Made by a program: the position numbers and the translations under genes | Shown: positions 1 to 15,332 of the stretch, in pieces | How positions within the stretch are numbered: the first letter of the stretch is position 1 | How the letters are laid out: each line of letters starts with the position of its first letter | The notes under the pieces: generated by a model | The model's database searches: none | Seen by the model: the letters and a program-made list of their open reading frames with translations, nothing else | Told to the model about the DNA's origin: nothing | NCBI GenBank assembly: GCA_963796055.1 | Contig: CAWCKH010000004.1 | Location: 3,392,001-3,456,000, forward strand | Reading direction: 5' to 3' | DNA from: an uncultured delta proteobacterium | Lineage (GTDB): Bacteria; Myxococcota; Myxococcia; Myxococcales; Myxococcaceae | Length of the DNA stretch: 64,000 nucleotides

Positions 1-1503
<1,503 letters not shown>

Positions 1504-1558
1504 GAGGGTGCGGCGAGCCTCGTCAGCCCTGAAGCGTGACGCTCGGCGGCGCGAGGGG

Positions 1559-2485
1559 TCAAGACCTGCCCCTCCGCCGGCCCGGTGTGAGGCGACGGTG
1601 GAGGAAGTCGAGCACAGCGCGGTTCACTTCCTCCGGTCGTTCCAGGAGGGCGGTGTGACTCCCACCTCGGACCAGGAATAGCTCGGCAGAGGGGATCTCC
1701 AGGGCCATGCGCCGCGAGAGCCAGGTGGGGGTGAAGCGGTCGCGGTCTCCGGCGACGATCAAGGTGGGCACGTCCACGGCCGACAGGTGGTCCTCGGCCC
1801 CGTGCTCGGCGGCGGCCTGCATGGAGCGGAGGAAGAAGCGGGGGTCCATCCGCTCGACGTGCTCGAAGTAGGGCTGGAGGTCGCTGCGTCGGAGCAGGCT
1901 GGCGTTGACCTCGACCGACATCGCCACCTCCATCGCCAGTCCGCTCCGGACTCCGACCCGGGTGAGCGCGGCGGCCATGCGCGGGAATCGCTCGGCGCCC
2001 TTCCGGAGCGACGGCAGCGCGCGGCGGAGCAGGGTGGTGTCGTGGAATGTGTCCAGGGGGTGGCCGGAGCTGCCGGAGACCAGCACCAGCCCCCGGACGC
2101 GGGCGGGGTGCTGCCGGTGGAACTCGAGCGCCAGCTGCACGCCCATGCTGTGCCCGACGACGACCGCGCTGCGCACGCGCACGGCGTCGAGCACCGCCGC
2201 GAGGTCATCGGCGAACTGGGGGATGGAGGGCGCGACGCCCGGAGGCGGCAGCGGTGACTCGCCGTGGCCGCGGTAATGCCAGTGGACCACGCGGTGGTGC
2301 TCGGCGAGCGCGGGGCGGAGGTACTTCCAGGCGAAGCCGTCGCAGGCCAGGCCGTCGCAGAGGACCATGGTCGAACGGCCGCTCCCCTCGACCTCGACGT
2401 GGACCTCCGCGCCATCCGGTCGCGCGACGCGGAAGGTCCTGGGAGCGCCCCGGACGGGCGGCGAGGGCATGGCGTCGCGACTCAC
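1559..2485 (-). CDS. alpha/beta hydrolase
   Basis: GHSMG nucleophile elbow, YRGHGES, GDRD acid and GGSH His motifs; start may be ATG 2470. Confidence 0.9.
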   Translation of the reverse strand: MSRDAMPSPPVRGAPRTFRVARPDGAEVHVEVEGSGRSTMVLCDGLACDGFAWKYLRPALAEHHRVVHWHYRGHGESPLPPPGVAPSIPQFADDLAAVLDAVRVRSAVVVGHSMGVQLALEFHRQHPARVRGLVLVSGSSGHPLDTFHDTTLLRRALPSLRKGAERFPRMAAALTRVGVRSGLAMEVAMSVEVNASLLRRSDLQPYFEHVERMDPRFFLRSMQAAAEHGAEDHLSAVDVPTLIVAGDRDRFTPTWLSRRMALEIPSAELFLVRGGSHTALLERPEEVNRAVLDFLHRRLTPGRRRGRS

Positions 2486-2523
2486 CGGGCCATAGTGTAA
2501 CGAGGAGCACCGAGCACTCCCAC

Positions 2524-3489
2524 GTGACCCACGTCCATCCCCATCCGGCGTCGTTCGAGGAACACCCTCATCCGGCGGACCATGCCCAGCCGTGCGACAG
2601 TCCCGGCACCCGGGCCGCGGACCTGGGGCGGACGCGGGACGCCCGGCGAATGACCGCGGCGCTGCTGCTCACCTGCCTGATCGCGGTGGTCGAGGCGGTC
2701 GGGGGCTGGCTCACCCACTCGCTGGCCCTGCTCTCGGACGCCGGCCACATGTGGACCGACGTCTCGGCGCTCGGGCTGGCGCTGCTCGCGGCCTGGTTCG
2801 CCGGCCGTCCGGCCAATCGCAGGCGGACCTACGGCTACGTGCGGCTGGAGATCCTGAGCGCCCTGATCAACGGTGTCCTGCTGCTGGCCATCACCGTCTT
2901 CATCGTCGTCGAGGCCCTGGAGCGGCTGAAGCACCCGGCGGTGGTGCACCTCGGCCCGATGGCGCTGGTGGCGACCGTCGGCCTGGGAGCCAACCTCCTG
3001 GCGATGGGCTTTCTGCGCTCGGGTCATTCGCTGAACACGCGGTCGGCGTTCCTGCACGTGCTCGGGGATGCGCTCTCCAGCGTGGGGGTGCTGGTCGGCG
3101 CCGGGGTGATGGCCTTCACCGGCTGGGCCTGGGTGGACCCGGTCATCTCCATCGGCATCTCGGGGGTGGTGGTGGTCGGCGGGTGGCGGGTGCTCCGCGA
3201 GGCGGTGGACGTGCTGCTGGAGACGGTGCCGCCGCACGTGGACGCGGACGGGGTGGAGAAGGCGCTGCAGTGCATCCCCCGGGTCACCGCGGTGCACGAC
3301 CTGCACATCTGGACGGTGGGGAGCGGGATGGTGGCGCTCTCGGCGCACCTGGTGGTGGACGAACCGAGCGCCTGTGAGAACGACACCATCCTGGTCGCGG
3401 CGAAACGGGCGCTGGTGGAGCGGTTCGGCATCGACCACAGCACCCTGCAGATCGAGAGTCAGGGTTACGCCGGCTCGGGAGCCGGGTAG
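2524..3489 (+). CDS. cation diffusion facilitator (CzcD/ZitB-like Zn/Co/Cd efflux)
   Basis: SLALLSDAGHMWTD, RTYGYVRLEIL, HVLGD, VHDLHIW and His-rich N-terminus; start moved to in-frame GTG 2524. Confidence 0.9.
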   Translation: MTHVHPHPASFEEHPHPADHAQPCDSPGTRAADLGRTRDARRMTAALLLTCLIAVVEAVGGWLTHSLALLSDAGHMWTDVSALGLALLAAWFAGRPANRRRTYGYVRLEILSALINGVLLLAITVFIVVEALERLKHPAVVHLGPMALVATVGLGANLLAMGFLRSGHSLNTRSAFLHVLGDALSSVGVLVGAGVMAFTGWAWVDPVISIGISGVVVVGGWRVLREAVDVLLETVPPHVDADGVEKALQCIPRVTAVHDLHIWTVGSGMVALSAHLVVDEPSACENDTILVAAKRALVERFGIDHSTLQIESQGYAGSGAG

Positions 3490-3502
3490 TCCGGCGCCGC
3501 CC

Positions 3503-4063
3503 GTGCGCATCGTCGCCGGCACCCACCGGGGACGTCCGCTCGTCGGCCCGAAGGGGCCCGGGCTGCGTCCCACCGCCGACCGGGTGCGCGAGTCGCTGTT
3601 CAACCTGCTCGGGCAGTTCTTCCACGGTGGCGAGGTGCTGGACCTCTACGCCGGGACGGGCGCGCTTGCCTTCGAGGCGCTCTCCCGGGGGATGACCCGG
3701 GCGGTGCTGGTGGACCCCGGCGCCGAATCGGCCCGGCTGGTGGCGGAGAACGCCCGGGCGCTGGGCCTCGAAGGCTCGATCGAGCTGCTCCGCATGCCGG
3801 TGGTCAGGGCCCTCCCGCGGCTGGCGGCGGAGGGCCGGCGGTTCTCGCTCGTCTTCGCCGACCCGCCGTACGCCGAGGCGGCGGTGGCGGAGGTGGTGCG
3901 TGGGGTGGGGGAGGGCTCGCTACTCGCCGCCGGCGGAACGCTGGTGGTGGAGCACGGACGGCGGGAGGTCGTTCCGGACACACTCGCCGGCCTCGAGCGG
4001 GTGGACTCCCGGCGGTTCGGCGACACCGTGGTCAGCCTGTACCGGTCGGCAACGGTTCCTTGA
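3503..4063 (+). CDS. rsmD: 16S rRNA m2G966 methyltransferase
   Basis: RIVAG..RGR, LRPTADRVRESLFN, LDLYAGTG, DPPY; adjacent to coaD. Confidence 0.93.
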   Translation: MRIVAGTHRGRPLVGPKGPGLRPTADRVRESLFNLLGQFFHGGEVLDLYAGTGALAFEALSRGMTRAVLVDPGAESARLVAENARALGLEGSIELLRMPVVRALPRLAAEGRRFSLVFADPPYAEAAVAEVVRGVGEGSLLAAGGTLVVEHGRREVVPDTLAGLERVDSRRFGDTVVSLYRSATVP

Positions 4064-4084
4064 CGGTCGCGCGACGGAGCGAAG

Positions 4085-4588
4085 ATGCTCCCCGCCGACG
4101 TGGCCACCGCCATCTATCCCGGCTCCTTCGACCCGCTGACCAACGGGCATCTGAGCATCATCCAGCGCGGGCTCACGATGTTCGACCGGCTGGTCGTCGC
4201 GGTGCTGAACAACCCTCGGAAGCAGGCGATGTTCTCCGTGGAGGACCGGAAGCAGCTCATTCGCGAGGCGTTCCCGGACCCGCGGGTGGAGGTGGACGCG
4301 TTCGAGGGGCTACTGGTGCACTACACCCGGCGGAAGGGCGTGCACCTCATCCTCCGCGGCCTCCGGGCGGTGTCCGACTTCGAGTACGAGTTCCAGCTGG
4401 CCAACATGAACCGGAAGCTGGACCCGGACTTCGAGACGGTGTTCATGATGACCGGGCAGGACAGCTTCTACATCTCGTCGCAGCTGGTGCGGGAGGTGGC
4501 CTCGCTGGGCGGAGACGTGGCCGAGCTGGTGCCCCCCAACGTGTTCCGGGCGCTGCGGGAGAAGTTCCCGCCGAAGAACGGCGGGTAG
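4085..4588 (+). CDS. coaD: phosphopantetheine adenylyltransferase
   Basis: [32 protein letters not shown]. Confidence 0.97.
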   Translation: MLPADVATAIYPGSFDPLTNGHLSIIQRGLTMFDRLVVAVLNNPRKQAMFSVEDRKQLIREAFPDPRVEVDAFEGLLVHYTRRKGVHLILRGLRAVSDFEYEFQLANMNRKLDPDFETVFMMTGQDSFYISSQLVREVASLGGDVAELVPPNVFRALREKFPPKNGG

Positions 4589-4589
4589 C

Positions 4590-5463
4590 TCAGCTGCCGA
4601 GGCCCGCGCGCCGCAGCTCGGCCCGGATGCGCTCGACGAGCTCCGTGGGGACGGCCTCCGGCTCGAGACCCACGTTCACATGTCCGTGCAGGATCGGGAA
4701 GAGACCGGTCCAAAAATTCCCGTAGCGGATCCACACGTGGTCCAGACCGCCGCAGTCGATCTCTCCGCGCCGTCGGAGGAGCGTGAGGACGGTCGGGTTG
4801 ACCAGGAGCTCCTCGTAGCGGTCGGTCTCCTGCGCGCTTGCGCCGGCGAGTCCGGGGTGGGTCGCCGTCAGGCGGGGCGACCGCTCCCTCGTGGGGATGC
4901 GCCGGAAGCCACTCCACCCGAGCGCCGCCGGCTCGGGCGAAGAGCGGATGCAGTGGCGCCACCGCGAAGACCGGCTGCGGATCTCCGTTGGCGCCGGAGT
5001 GGTAGTTCGGAAAATCGATGGTGAGCGTGTCCCGGTCGTCCCGCGACCAGCGCGAGCGATCCGGCTCCCGGCACGACTCGGCATGGAAGAAGTGCGCCGC
5101 CCCGACGCCCCGGAGCTTCCGCAGCCAGAGCCCCATGTTCTGATGGTCCCGGGCGGTCAGCACGCCGCCTCCGGACCGCTGGAAGGCGTCGATCGCGCGG
5201 CACTCCACCTCATTGCACGCTTCGCCACCGTCCACGGCGAAGAGCCACAGCTCGTCGAAGTCCCGGAGGTCCAGCCCGGCGAGGACAGGGTCCCGCCCGT
5301 TCGCATCCGCCTGATGGTTCCGTGCCGTGACCTCGGCCAGAGGCGTGCCGTCGGACCGGCGCAGCGCACGGAGGGTCCCGACCAGCGCCGAGAACCGGCC
5401 CACGTGCCAGTCGTCCTCGGCGAACGGGATGCTGCACTGGACGAGGATGCGAATCGGGCTCAT
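4590..5463 (-). pseudogene. truncated conserved hypothetical protein joined out of frame to the 3' part of another ORF
   Basis: MSPIRILVQCSIP...DDWHVGRFS...NYHSGANGD...HPHEGAV reads as protein until about 4860, then degenerates; a second frame (THPGLAG...RAGLGS*, stop 4590) is protein-like only downstream of that point. Confidence 0.55.
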
Positions 5464-5667
5464 GGCCGTTCGCTCTGTAGCGGGAGCCACGGCGCCGCGC
5501 TCGGGTCCGATGAGGCGGCTGTACTCGGCCGGACAGGAGCGCTCTGGCCGTCGCAGTGGGGAACACCGGGAGGCGCGATCGGCGGGGCCTAACAGTTTGC
5601 AGGCGGATCCGGGGACCAGTCGTTCGCGGCTTGAGCCGCGTCGGCCCGGGCTGGTACGGGTGGTTCC

Positions 5668-6864
5668 ATGAAGCTTGCCCGCCGCCTTGCCGAGATCCAG
5701 CCCTCCCCCACCCTGGCCCTGAACGCACGGGCGAAGGCCCTGGCCGCCGCCGGGAAGGACGTGGCCGGGCTGTCGGCCGGTGAGCCGGACTTCGACACCC
5801 CCGAGCACGTGAAAGCGGCCGCCGTCCAGGCGCTCCGCGAGGGCTTCACCAAGTACACCGCGACCGCCGGCATTCCGGAGCTCCGGGCGGCCATCGTCAA
5901 GAAGCTCCGGGAGGAGAACGAGCTCGACTTCGGGCCCGACCAGGTCATCGTCACCAACGGCGGCAAGCAAGCGCTCTACAACTGCTTCCAGGCGCTGCTC
6001 TCGGACGGCGACGAGGTGGTGATGTTCGCGCCGTACTGGGTGAGCTACCCGGAGCAGGTGCTGCTCGCCGGCGGCCGCCCGGTGGTGGTGCCCACCCGGA
6101 TGGAGGACGGCTTCCAGCCCGACCCGGACGCGCTGGCCCGGGCCATCACCCCGCGCACCCGGGCGGTCATCTTCAACAGCCCGAGCAACCCCACCGGGGC
6201 GGTGCTCCCGAGGGAGAACCTCCTGGCGCTCGCCGCGGTCATGGCCGTGCACCCGGACGTCCTGGTCATCGCCGACGACATCTACGAGCGGCTGCTCTAC
6301 ACCGGGCACCCCTTCGTTGACATCCCCATGGTGGCGCCCGCGCTCCGCAGCCGTACGCTGGTGGTGAACGGGATGAGCAAGGCGTACGCCATGACCGGCT
6401 GGCGGGTGGGCTACGCCGCGGGCCCGAAGGCGCTCATCACCGGGATGCAGCTGGTCCAGGACCAGGCGACCTCCAACGTGAACAGCATCACCCAGCGGGC
6501 GGCCCTCGCCGCGCTCACCGGACCTCAAGAACCCATCCAGGCGATGGTGAAGGAGTTCCACCAGCGCCGCGACCTCCTGCACGCCGGCCTCTCCCAGATT
6601 CCCGGGGTTCGCTGCGCCAGGCCGGAGGGGGCCTTCTATGCATTCCCGGACGTGAGCGTCTGGATCGGCAAGAGCTGGAAGGGCAAGCGGCTCGGGTCGG
6701 CGCACGACATCTCCGAGAGCCTGCTCGACGATCTCCTCGTCGCCGCGGTTCCCGGCGAACCGTTCGGGGCGCCCGGCCACCTCCGGCTCTCGTTCGCCGC
6801 GTCCCGGACCACCCTGGGGAAGGGGCTCCAGCGCCTGCGGGACTTTGCCGCCGCGCTGACCTGA
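5668..6864 (+). CDS. PLP-dependent class I/II aminotransferase (aspartate aminotransferase-like)
   Basis: [32 protein letters not shown]. Confidence 0.93.
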   Translation: MKLARRLAEIQPSPTLALNARAKALAAAGKDVAGLSAGEPDFDTPEHVKAAAVQALREGFTKYTATAGIPELRAAIVKKLREENELDFGPDQVIVTNGGKQALYNCFQALLSDGDEVVMFAPYWVSYPEQVLLAGGRPVVVPTRMEDGFQPDPDALARAITPRTRAVIFNSPSNPTGAVLPRENLLALAAVMAVHPDVLVIADDIYERLLYTGHPFVDIPMVAPALRSRTLVVNGMSKAYAMTGWRVGYAAGPKALITGMQLVQDQATSNVNSITQRAALAALTGPQEPIQAMVKEFHQRRDLLHAGLSQIPGVRCARPEGAFYAFPDVSVWIGKSWKGKRLGSAHDISESLLDDLLVAAVPGEPFGAPGHLRLSFAASRTTLGKGLQRLRDFAAALT

Positions 6865-6947
6865 GCGCCGGCATCGAAGGTCAGCCCTTCTTCCTCGGAC
6901 CCGGGCGGGTGGATCCGTCCGGCGGACGTGGTACAGGCACGCCTCCG

Positions 6948-10178
<3,231 letters not shown>

Positions 10179-10208
10179 GCCCGGCTCGTCTAGGGTGCGC
10201 CGCCCTGG

Positions 10209-10706
10209 ATGAGCGGCGCACGCATTCCCATCACTTCTTCGGGGCTCCGGCGGCTCAAGGACGAGCTGAAGCAGCTGCAAACCGTGGAGCGGCTGAAGAT
10301 CTCGAAGGAGATCGAGGTCGCCCGGGCGCACGGTGACCTCCGGGAGAACGCCGAGTACCACGCGGCCAAGGAGAAGCAGTCGCACATCGAGGGGCGGATT
10401 CTCGACCTGAACGACTGGATCGCCCGCGCCGAGGTCATCGACGTCTCCAAGCTCTCGGGCGACAAGGTGGTCTTCGGGGCGACGGTGAAGCTGCTCGACG
10501 TCGATAGCGACAAGGAAGTGACCTACACCCTGGTCGGCGAGCTGGAGGCGGACATCAAGCGCCGGCTCATCTCGGTCACCTCGCCGCTGGCCCGCGGGCT
10601 GATCGGGAAGGCGGTGGGCGACCTGGCAACCGTGCAGAGTCCGGGCGGGCCCCGGGAGTACGAGGTGGTCGAGGTGCTGTTCGAGGACCCCGACGCCGAG
10701 GAGTAG
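10209..10706 (+). CDS. greA: transcription elongation factor GreA
   Basis: ARAHGDLRENAEYHAAKE, ISVTSPLARGLIGK; follows carB. Confidence 0.96.
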   Translation: MSGARIPITSSGLRRLKDELKQLQTVERLKISKEIEVARAHGDLRENAEYHAAKEKQSHIEGRILDLNDWIARAEVIDVSKLSGDKVVFGATVKLLDVDSDKEVTYTLVGELEADIKRRLISVTSPLARGLIGKAVGDLATVQSPGGPREYEVVEVLFEDPDAEE

Positions 10707-10741
10707 GGGGGACCCCGGGAGTAGGCTCCTCGCCCTCGTCC

Positions 10742-13585
10742 GTGGCGATGCCCTCCGCATCCTACCTCCAGCCGCTGGTCGCGCCGCTGCGCTTTCTCGC
10801 GCAGCGCGACTACGCGCGCCTGTCCACGGTGAAGGGGCTCGACGCGCTGGTGCGTGCGGCGCTCGAGGGCGCGCGGGCGGCCCGCTCCGGCAGCGACGTG
10901 CAGCTCCTGGAGCGCGTTGCCCGGGCCCTGGAGCGCGAGGGTCCCGAGTCACAGCAGCAGGCGCTGCGGGCGCTTGCCCCGCGTGTCCAGGACGCGGGAC
11001 TCGTCTCACCACCGCCCGGAGTGGCCTCGGCGCGCGCCGCTCGGCCAGCCGGCGGGGCAAAGAGCGGCCCCGGAGCGCGGGCCGTTCCCCCTGCGTCGAC
11101 GGACGCTCGGGGCGGCCGCCGGCCCGCCAGCGATTCCGGCCGGCCCGAGGTCCCGCCGAGCTCTGACTCGCCCGTGTCGACGGCACCGCGCGACCCCCCC
11201 GCCCCCAGTGAGCGTCCGGTTCGGTATGTGGAAGCGGCCTCCACATCCAAAACCGGTCGGCCGACTGCCCCGGGGGGTCGGGCCGACCGACAGTCGGAGC
11301 AGGAGCGCCCCGACGCCACGTCCCGGCCCGTGGCCAGCCCCGGGCGGGCGGGGAACCGCACGGGGGCGCCTCAGCTGCTGCTCGACGAGTCCCGCCCGCC
11401 CGGTGGTCGGACGCGACGCCCGGCTCGCCCACGTCCGCCGAAGCCCGAGCCCGAGGAGATGGCCCGGCCGATCGCCGCCGCTCCCAGCCGGGGACCCCTG
11501 TCCGAGCCAGTCGGCGGCGCGGGGATCCGGGTCCCGCCGCGTCTGGTCGAGGCGCTGAACAAGAAGGGCCTCCAGCGGGTGGGAGATCTCCTGTTCCTGC
11601 TGCCCCGGACGTACGAGGATCGCCGTCGGCTCTCGAGCCTCCGGGAGCTCCGCCCCGGGGAGCGCGGGGTGGCGGTGGGCACGATCCGGATGGCGCGGGA
11701 GCTGATGATTCGCCCCGGCAAGCGCGGCTTCCAGGCGGTGCTGGCCGACGAGACCGGCAGCATCGCGCTCACCTGGTTCCAGAGTGGCCCGTGGATGAAG
11801 TCGCGGGTGCCGGTGGGCAAGCGCCTCATTGTTTCCGGCGAGCTCCGGGCGACGCCGGGCGGCCGGGAGATGGTTCATCCGGAGATCGAGCCGGCGGACG
11901 AGGGGCAAGGCCCCTCGCTCCACACCGGCCGCATCGTTCCGGTCTACCCCGGCTTCGAGCGCCACGAGCAGCGACAGGTCCGGGCGCTGGTGGCGCGGGT
12001 GGCCGCGGCGCATCTCGGCGCGGTCGAGGACCCGCTCCCGGCCGACCTTCGCCAGCGCCTCGCGCTCCCCCCGCTCGCCGAGGCGCTGGCCCGCATCCAC
12101 CAGCCAGCTGCGGACGCCGACCTGGCAGCGCTCGAGCAGCATCGCAGCCCGGCGCACCGGCGGCTGGCGTTCGACGAGCTGTTCCTGCTCCACCTCGGCC
12201 TGGCGCTCCGCCGCCAGGGGGTGAAGCACGAGCCGGGCATCGCCTTCCACGTCGACGGTGAGCGGCTGGCCCGGGCGCGGGCGCTCCTCCCCTTCACCTT
12301 GACCCGAGCGCAGGCCCGCGCGGTGGCGGAGATCGGCCGCGACATGGCCCGTCCCGAGCCGATGCACCGGCTCCTCCAGGGGGACGTGGGCTCGGGCAAG
12401 ACGGCGGTGGCGGCGGTCGCGGCGGCGCTCGCGGTGGAGGACGGGTGGCAGGTGGCGCTGATGGCCCCGACGGAGATCCTCGCCGCCCAGCACCACGTGA
12501 CGTTGGCCCGGGTGTTCGGGCCCACCCGGGTGGAGGTCGCGCGCATCACCGGAAGCGGGACCGGGAGCGAGAAGCGGCGGGCGCGCGAGGCGCTGGAGAC
12601 GGGACGGGCGCGCATCGCGGTGGGCACGCAGGCGCTCATCCAGGAGGGCATCGCCTTCGAGCGGCTGGGCCTGGTGCTGATCGACGAGCAGCACCGGTTC
12701 GGGGTGCTGCAGCGTCAGGCGCTGGGCCACAAGGGTCGCCGGCCGGACGTCCTGGTGATGACCGCGACGCCGATTCCCCGCACCCTGGCGATGACCCTGT
12801 ACGGGGACCTCGACCTCTCGGTCCTGGACGAGCTGCCCCCGGGCCGGACCCCCATCACCACCCGGGTGGCGACGCCGTCCCGTCAGCCCGAGGTGTGGGA
12901 GGCGGTGGAGCTCGAGCTGCGGAAGGGTCGGCAGGCGTACGTGCTGTACCCGCTGGTGGAGGCGTCGGAGAAGATCGACCTCGCCGATGCGACCCGGGGC
13001 GCCGAGGAGCTCCAGACGAGGTGGCCCCACCGCCGGGTCCAGCTGCTTCACGGGCGCCTCAAGCAGGAGGACAAGGATGCGGTGATGGAGGCGTTCCGGA
13101 CCGGGAAAGTGGACGTGCTGGTCTGCACCACGGTGGTCGAGGTGGGGGTGGACGTGGCGAACGCCTCGGTCATGGTCGTCCAGAACGCCGAGCGGTTCGG
13201 GCTCTCACAGCTCCACCAGCTGCGGGGGCGGGTCGGCCGAGGGGCGGCGGTCTCGTTCTGCTACCTGCTGCCGTCCCCGGCGGGCGGGCCGGACGCGCGG
13301 GCGCGGCTGGAAGTTCTCGAGCAGAGCACCGACGGGTTCGTCATCGCGGAGAAAGATCTCGAATTGCGCGGACCGGGGGAATTCCTGGGAACCCGTCAGA
13401 GCGGGCTCCCGGAGCTGAGCGTGGCCAACCTGGCCCGGGATCAGGCGCTCTCGGCGACGGCGGCCGAGGAGGCAAAGGCCATCGCCGCGGCGGACCCCCG
13501 GCTGACCCGGCCCGAGCACCGGGGGCTGCTGCGGGCCCTGGAGGAGCGGTGGGAGGGGAGGCTCTCCCTGGCGAGGGTGGGGTAG
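10742..13585 (+). CDS. recG: ATP-dependent DNA helicase RecG with long low-complexity N-terminal linker
   Basis: LLQGDVGSGKT, DEQHRFG, MTATPIPRTL, QLHQLRGRVGRG, DLELRGPGEFLGTRQSG. Confidence 0.96.
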   Translation: MAMPSASYLQPLVAPLRFLAQRDYARLSTVKGLDALVRAALEGARAARSGSDVQLLERVARALEREGPESQQQALRALAPRVQDAGLVSPPPGVASARAARPAGGAKSGPGARAVPPASTDARGGRRPASDSGRPEVPPSSDSPVSTAPRDPPAPSERPVRYVEAASTSKTGRPTAPGGRADRQSEQERPDATSRPVASPGRAGNRTGAPQLLLDESRPPGGRTRRPARPRPPKPEPEEMARPIAAAPSRGPLSEPVGGAGIRVPPRLVEALNKKGLQRVGDLLFLLPRTYEDRRRLSSLRELRPGERGVAVGTIRMARELMIRPGKRGFQAVLADETGSIALTWFQSGPWMKSRVPVGKRLIVSGELRATPGGREMVHPEIEPADEGQGPSLHTGRIVPVYPGFERHEQRQVRALVARVAAAHLGAVEDPLPADLRQRLALPPLAEALARIHQPAADADLAALEQHRSPAHRRLAFDELFLLHLGLALRRQGVKHEPGIAFHVDGERLARARALLPFTLTRAQARAVAEIGRDMARPEPMHRLLQGDVGSGKTAVAAVAAALAVEDGWQVALMAPTEILAAQHHVTLARVFGPTRVEVARITGSGTGSEKRRAREALETGRARIAVGTQALIQEGIAFERLGLVLIDEQHRFGVLQRQALGHKGRRPDVLVMTATPIPRTLAMTLYGDLDLSVLDELPPGRTPITTRVATPSRQPEVWEAVELELRKGRQAYVLYPLVEASEKIDLADATRGAEELQTRWPHRRVQLLHGRLKQEDKDAVMEAFRTGKVDVLVCTTVVEVGVDVANASVMVVQNAERFGLSQLHQLRGRVGRGAAVSFCYLLPSPAGGPDARARLEVLEQSTDGFVIAEKDLELRGPGEFLGTRQSGLPELSVANLARDQALSATAAEEAKAIAAADPRLTRPEHRGLLRALEERWEGRLSLARVG

Positions 13586-13620
13586 CCAGGCCCGCGTCCC
13601 CGTTTTAGGTTCGGATCGGC

Positions 13621-14250
13621 ATGGAGGACGCCCGTCTCATCCTGGGGTTGCGCCGGAGCGGCATCCGGGACGAGCGTGTGCTCGCGGCGATGACCTTGCT
13701 CTCGCGCGCGGACTTCGTGCCGGACCGGCTCCGCGACATCGCCGCGCAGGACGACGCCCTGCCCATCGGAGAGGCGCAGACCATCAGCCAGCCATACGTG
13801 GTTGCGCTGATGAGCGAGGCGCTGGAGGTCCGGCCGGGGGACCGGATCCTCGAGATCGGCACCGGATCCGGCTACCAGGCGGCGGTCCTGCATCTGCTGG
13901 GGGCGGACGTGTACAGCATCGAGGTCCGGGAGGGGCTGGCCCGGACTGCGGCCGAGCACCTCCAGCCCTTCGCGGGTCCGAGGCTGCACCTCCGCGTGGG
14001 CGACGGATTCGACGGCTGGCCCGAGGCGGCGCCGTTCGACGCCATCGTGCTGACCGCGGCCCCCGAGCGAATGCCAGTCACCCTCGTGGAGCAGCTCGCG
14101 CCGGGTGGCCGGCTGGTGGGTCCCGTCGGCGGCCAGCTCGAGGGGCAGGAGCTGCTGCGGCTGCGCAAGGGCCATGACGGGCAGCTGCAGAGCGAGCGGC
14201 TGCTGTCGGTCCGCTTCGTCCCGATGACCCCGGCGCCCCTTCCGACCTGA
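13621..14250 (+). CDS. pcm: protein-L-isoaspartate O-methyltransferase
   Basis: QTISQPYVVA, LEIGTGSGYQAA, GDGFDGWPEAAPFD, VRFVPM. Confidence 0.95.
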   Translation: MEDARLILGLRRSGIRDERVLAAMTLLSRADFVPDRLRDIAAQDDALPIGEAQTISQPYVVALMSEALEVRPGDRILEIGTGSGYQAAVLHLLGADVYSIEVREGLARTAAEHLQPFAGPRLHLRVGDGFDGWPEAAPFDAIVLTAAPERMPVTLVEQLAPGGRLVGPVGGQLEGQELLRLRKGHDGQLQSERLLSVRFVPMTPAPLPT

Positions 14251-14261
14251 GGCGACCGCGC

Positions 14262-14816
14262 GTGCGCCCCTGTCCCGTCTGCGAGGCACCGGTCACCGGC
14301 TGGATGTGCGAGGTGTGCGGGAAGCAGGTGGGGCCATCCCCGGCGTCGGCCAATCTCACGGCGCCGCTGGAGGGGCTCGAGTCGACGCAGCTGCCGCCGG
14401 ACGGGCTGGGGCTGGACATCGAGCCGGCGCCCGGTCTCGAGTCGACGGCGGCGAGTCCGGTGCCGGAGGTGCCCGGCGAGCCGCTGCTCGGCTGGGAGAT
14501 GACGCACGCGGGCCTGGGCCCGGACGTGCGGGCAGGGGGGCTGCCGGACCTCGACCCGGGGCGGGCCGCTCCCGAGGGGCCGCCGGCGGTGGCACCCTCG
14601 GTGGTGACCTGCCGGTACTGCCGCAACGTCCAGACCTCGGGGCTCTTCTGTGACCGGTGCGGGATGCGGCTGCCCTGGGCGACGCGGCCCCCGGTGGCCA
14701 GGGCCGCGGGGGCGGACTCGACCGAGCGTCGGGTCTGCAAGCGCTGCGGAGAGCGCAGTCCAGCGTCGATGGAGCGGTGTGGTGCCTGCGGCGCGCTGCT
14801 CGAGGCCGAGCCCTAG
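14262..14816 (+). CDS. multi zinc-ribbon hypothetical protein
   Basis: Six CxxC motifs in three pairs (CPVC/CEVC, CRYC/CDRC, CKRC/CGAC). Confidence 0.75.
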   Translation: MRPCPVCEAPVTGWMCEVCGKQVGPSPASANLTAPLEGLESTQLPPDGLGLDIEPAPGLESTAASPVPEVPGEPLLGWEMTHAGLGPDVRAGGLPDLDPGRAAPEGPPAVAPSVVTCRYCRNVQTSGLFCDRCGMRLPWATRPPVARAAGADSTERRVCKRCGERSPASMERCGACGALLEAEP

Positions 14817-14963
14817 AGGTCAGGGCGGCCGCAATCGAGGTCCAGGTCAGGGTGTCGTCAGGCGGGCGATAGTCTGCGAGGTCTGGGCGGCCGCACGCAG
14901 CTAGGATGGGTCACCGTCTGCGCTCGACGGGCTCCTAGCAATCCCGGGCCCGGCTGCCGTAGG

Positions 14964-15332
14964 GTGCGCCCCCGCTTGCAGACCCAACCTTCGACCGAGC
15001 TGTCACCCGAGATGGCACGGGCGCGGCTACCCGAGCTCCAGGCCCAGCTGGCGGTGCGTCAGAGCACGACGCACTTCGCCCGCGCGGGGGCGGCCCTGGT
15101 GGCCTGCGCCATCTTCACCGGGGCGGCGGCGAAGCTGTTCTGGGACTCGATTCGCTTCCCGGTGCTGGGGGTGGCGTCGACGGCGGTTGCCATCGGGCTG
15201 GTGGTGTTCGCCTGGGCGCAGTACCGGCGCGGGCTGGCACACCATCGCCGGGAGATGGAGCTGTTCGCCTCGCTGCAGGCGGTGCACCGGGCGCTCCACC
15301 TGGACGATCCGGCGGCGCTGCTGCCCCGATGA
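14964..15332 (+). CDS. small hypothetical membrane protein (2 TM)
   Basis: Two hydrophobic segments; ATGA overlap with tmk. Confidence 0.7.
   Translation: MRPRLQTQPSTELSPEMARARLPELQAQLAVRQSTTHFARAGAALVACAIFTGAAAKLFWDSIRFPVLGVASTAVAIGLVVFAWAQYRRGLAHHRREMELFASLQAVHRALHLDDPAALLPR

Noticed and set aside
5464..6780. Upstream part of the 770-aa minus ORF
   Set aside because: Antisense shadow of the aminotransferase, typical of high-GC DNA.
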